DNA of 64,000 nucleotides, taken from an uncultured archaeon. GTDB taxonomy: Archaea; Asgardarchaeota; Lokiarchaeia; Sigyniarchaeales; SOKP01. The position numbers and the translations under genes are program-made. Location: positions 1-64,000 of the forward strand of contig CAZGJX010000002.1 in NCBI GenBank assembly GCA_964525635.1, written 5' to 3'. Below are positions 50,429-58,812 of this stretch, piece after piece. The notes under the pieces are model-generated. The model was not told the origin of the DNA and did not search any database. It worked only from the letters and a program-made list of their open reading frames with translations. Position 1 is the stretch's first letter. Every line of letters starts with the position of its first letter.

Positions 50429-53400
50429 TTATAAATTTTCAAATTTTTTAGATAAACCAATTAGTCTCTTAACTTCATCCTGCATTGAGTTGACACCTAA
50501 TTTGAAGGCTTCAGATGCTTTATTAGCAGCTTGTTTGAATTTTTCAGCAGCCATTTTATAATTCTTTTTCTTAAGTTCTTTCTGAGCCTGAGTTTCAAAT
50601 TCTTTCTTACTTAGCATTGTATCATCAATCTGGGTAAGACGTATAGCTTCTTGTAGTTCTCCAAGAGGTCTTTTTAAACCCCAATCATTAGCGATTATAG
50701 CAGCTTCCTCATAATATATAATTGCTTTTTTGTATGATAATACTTTTTTCTCTTTCCTTGCTTTAATAACGAGGATTTTAACCTGTTTTGAAGCCTCTTT
50801 GTTGGTTGTAACAACCTTCCCTGCAATTTTAGATTTTATTGGAGCCGATACAATCTCTTGCTTTTCTTGTAAACTTGCGAAATAAACTTCACGTTCTTGA
50901 GCACTCATTTGTGCCAATTGATCAATCATTGCCTGTGTTTCTTCACGAGGCAAAGTAACAAACTCACAGATCCTCTGTTCAATAAGCTGTTTTTCTTGTG
51001 GAGAAATAGCTTTACTTTCTAAAGCAGTAACGTCCCAAGGTATCAGTATTTTCTTTTCTCTTAGCTCTTTTATACCCATGAATATTTTTGAAATACCCTT
51101 CGTTGACTTTGTCATTGTCTTTTCAAGTAAGTTGGATATAAATATATAGTCTTTCCCTGTTTCTTTCGATATAGATTTAGCATTACCCAATATATCTTTT
51201 GAAGTAGTTATCCTTAAATCTTTGATAGCAGAGGAATCTAATTGAACTTGATGGGGAAGAATAATCGAGGTTTGGAAAATCTCATCTATCGAAGGGCCAG
51301 CATCTTTAAAAACATTCAACTGACCTCTCCAGTTTGGTAAGGCAGCAGAATATCTTTGTTCAAAGAATTTAATGAATTCTCGAAGTTTACTTCTTAATAA
51401 AATAGATGCTTTTTTACTTAAGACTAAAGAAACTCTGATATATTGACCATCAGCAAGTAGAAGCATCTTGTCTTCATAGCTTATTTCATTTAGTGCTTTT
51501 TGAGATTCTACTTCCTTTCCAAATGATGAAACTGCTGATATAAATCCACTTATCAAATCGGGATCTATTTTTTCTGAACCATAAGATTTGAAGAATATGC
51601 AAGTACCGCTTCCCTTATATAACACTAAAATATGTTCTATATTTACAGCATCATCAAATACAGTCTTAACTTCGTCTAAAACACTATCTCTTCTTCTTTT
51701 CTGAGGAACTACTACTTTCTTATAACCGACAATACCAATACTTGCCATTATTGCAGCCGCCAAGATTAATAATATATAAGGTATTAAATCTTCAAGATTT
51801 AATCCATCAGGTGGAGATTTTACTCTTATATAAGGAACCTCATAACTTCCAGGTTCATGGTTATACGTCTCGGCGAAAGTAATTTGTATTGTCATATTTG
51901 CTGCTTGGTTGGGAATAATTATTTGAAACCAAACTACTCCATTACTATTGGTACTATTTTGAGGTATTGCTAAAGGTGTTGTTGTATTATCTTTATTTAG
52001 AAATAAGCCTGAAATACTTACTAGGGTACTTGTAAGAGGAAGCCATTGAGTACCATCATTATATTCACATAGTATTTTTAAATCAAATGAATTCCCTGCT
52101 GTCACTGAACTAGGAAATGATGTTGCATTGATTCTTACTTGATATTTTGCATAGATTGTGATATTAAAGGAAATCGAAAGTATATTATATGGCGCAAGAC
52201 TAGCATTAATATCTATTCTGTAAAATCCAAGATCTAGTATAGAGGTTCCTATATTACCCGTATATTCATTTCCACTAGGATTTAATGATGAAGATAATGT
52301 ATCTTCTTGTAATGATATCAAATTAGTAGCATTAATAGTAAAAGTCACTGGTACCCCTTGAATAGCGATAAGATCGACATAATTATAACATGAAATATTT
52401 AAAGTTAATTGAAGATCACTCTCTTCAAAAAAAGTATAATTTCCAGAATCCCACAATCCTCCTTGAGTATTAACTGAAATAAAATTGATTTGGGTATCAT
52501 CTCCTGCATAATAAAATTCAATAACACTAGAGACACTCCAATTATAGTTTGGAGGATATGAGATATTTATATAGAAAGCATGCCAATCCAAGGTTAAACC
52601 AATAGTACTTATATTTAACTCGTAATCTCCATTTCCCAGTTCATAAAGCGACCAATTAAATATATCTCCGGTATACCATAAATCTTGGGTTGCATTATCA
52701 AATACTTGAATATTACTAGTTTTTAGACCTTCTATTCCTCTATCATTTAAAATATCATTGTAATAGAAAGTGACTGTTTGGTTCCATGTAGAACCTTCGG
52801 TAACTACATCATTAAATATTAAATTTACAATTTGAGTTTGGGCGTGTATTACATTGATTGTAATGTTTATATATTGAGTTTCATTACCCTCAGAACTTAT
52901 ACTAAAATCGCATACATAGGGGGAACCTGAAACATCTACATCATTAGTATCTATTAAAATGGTATAATTTCCATTTCCATCATTTGACCAAGGATACACA
53001 GTAAATCCAGTGGGTATATCTTCAGATAGAATGCTAGCTGCTGTAATTGGATTACCATCTGTATCAGAATAATTGAAGGTATAGGTTGCATTTTGCCCTC
53101 TTATGATATCACCCAAGTTCGGAGTATTTGTTGGAGTTATTTGTGTAGTTATAATTTCATTAAACCAAAAGATAATAGTATCATTATTATAATTATCTTT
53201 CCATGCTTCAATTTCTATATAGTTATTTCCATAACTAAGAATTGTAGTATCAATTTCAATTTCATAAGTCCCATTATTATGATCCCACCAATTTAAAGGA
53301 GCTGGTGCATTTGATTCAATATTTCCGCCTAAAATAGGCTGATTTTGTCCAGTATCATTATAATATACAGATATATTAAAAATTTCTCCAAAAAAATATT

Positions 53401-55156
53401 CCAGACCTACCTGTGAATTAAGAATTAAATTAGTTGTTGCGTTAATTGTTAAAACTCTTTCTTGAAATCCAATATCTGTTCCATTATTCCATAAAACTTG
53501 AGCTCGAAAATCACCATAATCTGTTGCATTTTCGCTGATATCCCAAGTAGTCATACTAAATGTTGTATCAGCACCTAAAATAGATACATCTTGTGTTTCA
53601 TTATGATTCAAAATATTTCCTGCATCATCAGGGCTATAAACTTCAAGTGTGATATTACCATTTGACATTGTTCTATCGAAGCTTACTTCAAAATCAACTG
53701 TCTCATTAAAATTAACTTCATATGTCTCAATAGGCCCTAAAAAGATTTGAAAACTAGTCATAAGATTTTGAGATTGACTAGTTATGAACCAATTGGTACT
53801 ATTCCCTGCATTAGTTATTTGATACTCTCTATACTCTCCTATCGCTGGACCTAATATTGTATCATCAGTAACATTAAGAATTGAATTAAAAGCTTGTTGA
53901 TTACTCCAATGATGCGGTATTGTGAAATTAATCCAATAATTACCATAACCTGACTCTGAATCAAAACAATCAATATTTCCTAAGGTAATGATCCAATATA
54001 CATTTGGATCTGTTTCACTACAATTAAAATATGATGTTGCTTTTAGGTCTGAACGAGTATAATTTACTTGAATTTGGGTTACTTGACATGACACATCCCA
54101 CCATTCAGCAGTTATTTCATAGGATAATTGATTTGGTAAAATTGTATATTCTTGACTAAAAGTTACATTTCCTGATCCAGGACTAGAACCAAGTATTGGA
54201 TTGTTATTAATTTCGAGCCCAATTTGAGATGGTGTTGGTGTATTGCTCTCGGGAACCAAACCAACTCTCATTAGATAATCTATAGTATAAGAACTTCTAA
54301 CAACTAAATCCCAATCTCCAGAAATATATGTCAAACTAATTGTTTGATCTCCATCTCCAGTAATACCTCCATCTAATGTATTATACCATGCACAATCTCC
54401 TCCATAAGAGGCATCATCAAATAAACCTATAAACCATATCTTATCCATTGTCTTTGAGTTATCCAATTGAATATTTAATCCAGTAATTACATGCCATCCA
54501 TCCCCAGTAGCATTTGATATATCTATAAGTTGTTGAAAATCATTGATACCCCCTCCAGGTTTATATGTTCCTAGTCCAGAATCATATGTAGCATTATATA
54601 AAACAACTCTAATTCTACCAGTCGCAAGTTGCTCTTCAATGAAAACAGATATATTATTGATATAACCATCCCCTTCTACCTCAAAAGAAGTTACTCTAGG
54701 AATTACTGTCGAAAAATCTCCAACACTAAAATCTTGAGGATTATTCTCTTGTAGTATTAAATATTTATCAGGAGCATAAATATTATCAATATTTATCTGT
54801 GAAACTGTAGAATTAAAATTCTTTTCAAAAGGAGTATTTGTAGTAAATGTTCTTATTGCAGGATCAGATACATTTGTTATATCAAATAGAGGTGCACCAA
54901 CTTCAATTTTTGATTGATGTAAGGTAGTATTTATATCTTGAGAATATCCATCATAATAACCAGAATATGCAGCTGATTTTAAAGTAAGGTCGTCCTCTAT
55001 AGGTTCTATTTCATTATCATCATCAACACTATTCATTCCACAAGGAAAGTTCAAAAAATTAGTAAATCCTACCGAAAACAAGAATGAAACAGTTAGAATC
55101 GCTAAAAGAATTATTCTATTTGTTTTTTTATTTTTAAATTGTAACATATTTATCAA
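50429..55156 (-). CDS. Large cell-surface protein: signal peptide, about 1100-aa beta-rich ectodomain, single TM, cytoplasmic longin-like and helical domains
   Basis: N-terminal hydrophobic leader; many N-x-S/T sequons; TM LIPYILLILAAAIMASIGIVGY followed by KK; HILVLYKGSGTCIF..DPDLISGFISAVSSFGKE. Confidence 0.8.
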   Translation of the reverse strand: MINMLQFKNKKTNRIILLAILTVSFLFSVGFTNFLNFPCGMNSVDDDNEIEPIEDDLTLKSAAYSGYYDGYSQDINTTLHQSKIEVGAPLFDITNVSDPAIRTFTTNTPFEKNFNSTVSQINIDNIYAPDKYLILQENNPQDFSVGDFSTVIPRVTSFEVEGDGYINNISVFIEEQLATGRIRVVLYNATYDSGLGTYKPGGGINDFQQLIDISNATGDGWHVITGLNIQLDNSKTMDKIWFIGLFDDASYGGDCAWYNTLDGGITGDGDQTISLTYISGDWDLVVRSSYTIDYLMRVGLVPESNTPTPSQIGLEINNNPILGSSPGSGNVTFSQEYTILPNQLSYEITAEWWDVSCQVTQIQVNYTRSDLKATSYFNCSETDPNVYWIITLGNIDCFDSESGYGNYWINFTIPHHWSNQQAFNSILNVTDDTILGPAIGEYREYQITNAGNSTNWFITSQSQNLMTSFQIFLGPIETYEVNFNETVDFEVSFDRTMSNGNITLEVYSPDDAGNILNHNETQDVSILGADTTFSMTTWDISENATDYGDFRAQVLWNNGTDIGFQERVLTINATTNLILNSQVGLEYFFGEIFNISVYYNDTGQNQPILGGNIESNAPAPLNWWDHNNGTYEIEIDTTILSYGNNYIEIEAWKDNYNNDTIIFWFNEIITTQITPTNTPNLGDIIRGQNATYTFNYSDTDGNPITAASILSEDIPTGFTVYPWSNDGNGNYTILIDTNDVDVSGSPYVCDFSISSEGNETQYINITINVIHAQTQIVNLIFNDVVTEGSTWNQTVTFYYNDILNDRGIEGLKTSNIQVFDNATQDLWYTGDIFNWSLYELGNGDYELNISTIGLTLDWHAFYINISYPPNYNWSVSSVIEFYYAGDDTQINFISVNTQGGLWDSGNYTFFEESDLQLTLNISCYNYVDLIAIQGVPVTFTINATNLISLQEDTLSSSLNPSGNEYTGNIGTSILDLGFYRIDINASLAPYNILSISFNITIYAKYQVRINATSFPSSVTAGNSFDLKILCEYNDGTQWLPLTSTLVSISGLFLNKDNTTTPLAIPQNSTNSNGVVWFQIIIPNQAANMTIQITFAETYNHEPGSYEVPYIRVKSPPDGLNLEDLIPYILLILAAAIMASIGIVGYKKVVVPQKRRRDSVLDEVKTVFDDAVNIEHILVLYKGSGTCIFFKSYGSEKIDPDLISGFISAVSSFGKEVESQKALNEISYEDKMLLLADGQYIRVSLVLSKKASILLRSKLREFIKFFEQRYSAALPNWRGQLNVFKDAGPSIDEIFQTSIILPHQVQLDSSAIKDLRITTSKDILGNAKSISKETGKDYIFISNLLEKTMTKSTKGISKIFMGIKELREKKILIPWDVTALESKAISPQEKQLIEQRICEFVTLPREETQAMIDQLAQMSAQEREVYFASLQEKQEIVSAPIKSKIAGKVVTTNKEASKQVKILVIKARKEKKVLSYKKAIIYYEEAAIIANDWGLKRPLGELQEAIRLTQIDDTMLSKKEFETQAQKELKKKNYKMAAEKFKQAANKASEAFKLGVNSMQDEVKRLIGLSKKFENL

Positions 55157-55408
55157 AATATGTATAATTTGCTTAATATATTATAACTAAAAAGTAGTTA
55201 TTTTCTAAAATATATTTATTCTTTTTGTTATTTATTATTTGAGATTTTCTTAGACTTTTGTTCTAGGGATACACTTTAAAAATACGAAAAATTTAGTAAT
55301 TATCTTAAAATGATCTTGAATTATTTCAATTTTACCTAATTAATTATATAAATTTAATATATAAATTTAATTTGAAAATAGTAAGAATTATAAATTCTAA
55401 CACATGTT

Positions 55409-56092
55409 TCAAGATTTTAATATAATTCTAGCATCTACACATATAAGCTCTTTTTGATACACAAAAATAGGATTCAAATCAATTTCCTGAATGGATTTAT
55501 ATTGTAAAACGAATTCTGAAATTTTCATTAAAATATTAATAATTGCATCAATGTTTACTTTAGGTCTTCCTCGAAATCCTGTTAATAATGGAAATCCTTT
55601 AATCTCCGTTATCATCTCACGACAATCATATTCGGTTACTGGAATAATTCGAAAACTAACATCATCTAAAAGTTCAACCAAAAGCCCTCCAATACCAAAC
55701 ATAAGGGCGGGTCCAAATTCAGGATCAGTTGTCATACCAATGATAATTTCGGTAATCGGAGGCTCAGCCATCTTTTGTATGGATATTATCTTTTCTTTTT
55801 CAGAAGTTATATTCATAAGTTCATTGAATGCATTTATTGCTTCTTCTTTATTCTTAATATTTAATTTAACAGCTCCCATTTCTGATTTATGGGCGATATC
55901 CTCAGTAATTAATTTCATAACAATTGGATAACCTATTTCATTAGCAACAACAATGAGTTCTTCTTTGGTTGATACTAGTTTTTGATTAGGTATTGGGATA
56001 CCTATTTCTTTTAATATCTCTTTAGAATCAAATTCATTGATAATTTCCTTTCCCGCTTGGATTTTATTCTTGAGAAACAAATTAATATCCAT
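55409..56092 (-). CDS. Acetate/acyl-CoA ligase (ADP-forming) beta subunit, ATP-grasp
   Basis: GYPIVMK..HKSEMGAV, DPEFGP..FGIGG..VE, EIDLNP, VDARI. Confidence 0.92.
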   Translation of the reverse strand: MDINLFLKNKIQAGKEIINEFDSKEILKEIGIPIPNQKLVSTKEELIVVANEIGYPIVMKLITEDIAHKSEMGAVKLNIKNKEEAINAFNELMNITSEKEKIISIQKMAEPPITEIIIGMTTDPEFGPALMFGIGGLLVELLDDVSFRIIPVTEYDCREMITEIKGFPLLTGFRGRPKVNIDAIINILMKISEFVLQYKSIQEIDLNPIFVYQKELICVDARIILKS

Positions 56093-56233
56093 TTAAAATC
56101 ATTTAATAATAAAGTAGAAGTGTTTACTAAACATTTCTGAATAGTTTATAGAATAATAACATGAATAAAAAATTAATCAAAACACTTTTAAAACCGAAAT
56201 TAAATAACTCATATAAGAATTAAAATTTTCAAG

Positions 56234-57325
56234 ATGATTTTTATGGTAAGTGAAAAAGAGAAAAATATCACAATTTTAATGGAAAATTTGGTTAACTCTG
56301 GATATGATGTAGAATTTGTATTTCTCTATAATAGACAAGGGTTACTCATAGCTAAATATGAAAAAACTGAAACAGACGATAACCATAAAAATAAAGAAGA
56401 TATGGAGGAAGTTTATGGAGCAATATCTACTTTAGTAGATAATCTTTTTAATAAAATTTCAATGGAATATAAAAGTGATAATTTTGGAACAGGTTCTTTC
56501 GACACACCAGATCATCGTATAATCTTTCTTGAAGCGGGTCCCGAAGCCGTTATGGTCTGTGTATGCAATTATCAAGCAGATCTAAATAGAGTATTTCCAA
56601 TAGCATATTTAATTGTTGAAAAAATTGCTCAATTGATTGAAGGAAGTTTTGATTTTAAAGTTAATTCCTTAGAGATTCCCCAATTAAGTATTCATAGAGA
56701 CTTTGATTTATATTTAGATAAGCATAAAACTGAAAATACTAAACCTTTACTTGATAATATATATTTAAAACACCGAATTGAAAGGGAAAAAAAAACAGAT
56801 ATTAATTTTAAATTAATTATATTAGGTTCAGCTTCGGTTGGGAAAACTACTTTAGTAAATAGTTTTTTAAAAAAAGAGCAGCTGTTGGATTATCGTCCAA
56901 CAATAGGAATGAGTATTTCAATGCAAAAATATTATATACAAGGTTTTAAAGATGATATAATTACATTTTTAATATATGATTATGCTGGACAAGAGTTTTT
57001 CAAACGCGTTAGACATGAATATTATAATGGAGCGAATTGTGTTTTTGTGGTGTATGATATTACCAGAAGAGAAACCTTTGATGAAAGTATCGATTTTTGG
57101 TTTAAGGATGCTAAGGAACAATTAGGTGATATACCCTTTGTAATTATTGGAAATAAGATGGATTTGTTGGATCAGCGTCAAATATCAATAGAAGAAGGAA
57201 AAAAAAAGGCAGAAGAATTAAGGAGTTTTTTTATAGAGACTTCAGCATTATATAATAAAAATGTAGTAGATACCTTCAAATTGATAGGAATAGGTCATTT
57301 CTTTAGAATTATTGATATTCTTTAA
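56234..57325 (+). CDS. Roadblock/longin-like domain fused to a Rab-like small GTPase
   Basis: N-terminal FLYNRQGLLIA..YGAIS; G1 GSASVGKT, G2 PTIG, G3 DYAGQE, G4 NKMD, G5 ETSAL. Confidence 0.9.
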   Translation: MIFMVSEKEKNITILMENLVNSGYDVEFVFLYNRQGLLIAKYEKTETDDNHKNKEDMEEVYGAISTLVDNLFNKISMEYKSDNFGTGSFDTPDHRIIFLEAGPEAVMVCVCNYQADLNRVFPIAYLIVEKIAQLIEGSFDFKVNSLEIPQLSIHRDFDLYLDKHKTENTKPLLDNIYLKHRIEREKKTDINFKLIILGSASVGKTTLVNSFLKKEQLLDYRPTIGMSISMQKYYIQGFKDDIITFLIYDYAGQEFFKRVRHEYYNGANCVFVVYDITRRETFDESIDFWFKDAKEQLGDIPFVIIGNKMDLLDQRQISIEEGKKKAEELRSFFIETSALYNKNVVDTFKLIGIGHFFRIIDIL

Positions 57326-57347
57326 AATAAAATAGAATAAAACCAAA

Positions 57348-58367
57348 TCAAATTTGAAAAAATACTATTTTTATTGTTGCATAAAATGCATAAAAACTTA
57401 TTAAAAGGATAGATTCCCGTGTTTTAAGAGACTTCTTCGTCCATAGAAAGTAATATGCGATTGATATTCCTATAAAAAGCATTGGTATGTCATAAAATAA
57501 TAAAATCTTTACGACCTCGAATTCAGCAATAATAGCACCTGCACCTGTTGCGAAAAGAATATCACAAATGTTGGAACCTAAAATATCCCCTATAGCAATA
57601 CCATATGAACCTCTTCGCATTGCAGTTAAATCAACGACAAGTTCAGGTACACTTGTTCCCAAACCAACAATTAAAATACCAATAACATTTTCAGGTACAT
57701 TTAATTCTTCAGCTAAATTGTGTCCTGAAAGTATAGATATTTCAGCACCAACTAATAAGAATAATAAACCAATTAGAAAATATAATATATCTTTCCTAAT
57801 TGAAGGTATTCTTAAGGAACCTTTCTTAACCTCTAGCTGGAGTGGATCTAATCCCTCTCTCTCAACTTCCTCTATTTTTGGTTCTGCTTTTCTTAATTTT
57901 TTCTCACTTATAATTATTAAAATTAAATATATGATATATATAATAATCATTGTTAAAGCTTCGATACGAGCTATTAATCCATCAATTGCGAATAGCAAAA
58001 AAATAAAAAGAGATAAGAATAACATAGGTCCTTCTCTTCGTAATTCCCATTTGCTAATAAATATTGTCTGTGTTAATCCTAAGAGTCCTAATATAAACGT
58101 AATCTGAGTAAAAAATGAACCAATTTTATTTCCAATAACTATTCCATCTACAGAGGGATCAATTCCTAAGAGTTTATCAAATCCCCCCATAATTGAGACT
58201 GTTATTTCTGGTAAGCTAGTTCCAATAGCTAAAATCGTCAAACCTACCATTAGGTAACTTATACCAAACCGTTTCGCGATACCTTCTAATCCAATTATGA
58301 TATATTTAGCCCCAAAATATAATGCAACAAATCCTGAAAGCATAAATAAAATTGGATATAACATCAT
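57348..58367 (-). CDS. Ca2+/cation antiporter (CaCA, YrbG/NCX_Mj-like)
   Basis: Alpha repeats GTSLPE and GTSVPE..GDILGSN; about ten TM segments. Confidence 0.93.
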   Translation of the reverse strand: MMLYPILFMLSGFVALYFGAKYIIIGLEGIAKRFGISYLMVGLTILAIGTSLPEITVSIMGGFDKLLGIDPSVDGIVIGNKIGSFFTQITFILGLLGLTQTIFISKWELRREGPMLFLSLFIFLLFAIDGLIARIEALTMIIIYIIYLILIIISEKKLRKAEPKIEEVEREGLDPLQLEVKKGSLRIPSIRKDILYFLIGLLFLLVGAEISILSGHNLAEELNVPENVIGILIVGLGTSVPELVVDLTAMRRGSYGIAIGDILGSNICDILFATGAGAIIAEFEVVKILLFYDIPMLFIGISIAYYFLWTKKSLKTRESILLISFYAFYATIKIVFFQI

Positions 58368-58812
58368 TTATTTTAAAACACCTTGAAAATAGTTTTTATA
58401 AATCGATTTTTATTAATTTTTATATAAAATCTAAGTATCTCTATATTAGAACCAACACTAAATTAATTACAACTGAATTTCAAATAATTGAGTAATCTTC
58501 AAAGAAATTACAAATTAGAAATGTATACTATTTTATTCTAATAAGACTTCTTCTATCATAAAACAATATTATCGAAATTAGGATATCGTATAAACTGTCC
58601 TAGATTATAAATATCAATGAAATTTTTCTAACTATTTTATTGTACTTTTAACTCTTGAATGGAATTGAACAAATATATTAAAAACACTTATATATATAAG
58701 TCTATCTATGATAAAGAAAAATAAAGAGGAGTATATTGCAAATTAATTGATATTTTTAAAAAACCTATTATTAAATAATTAAAAAAAAAGAAATAAAAAA
58801 GAGAGTTAAGAT

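Noticed and set aside
55409-56092. Orphan acyl-CoA ligase beta subunit as a novel stand-alone enzyme
   Set aside because: Alpha and beta subunits are often unlinked in archaea; the alpha gene may lie outside the window.
58368-58812. Long intergenic gap as ncRNA or mobile element
   Set aside because: AT-rich, with no convincing stems, terminal repeats or ORF remnant.
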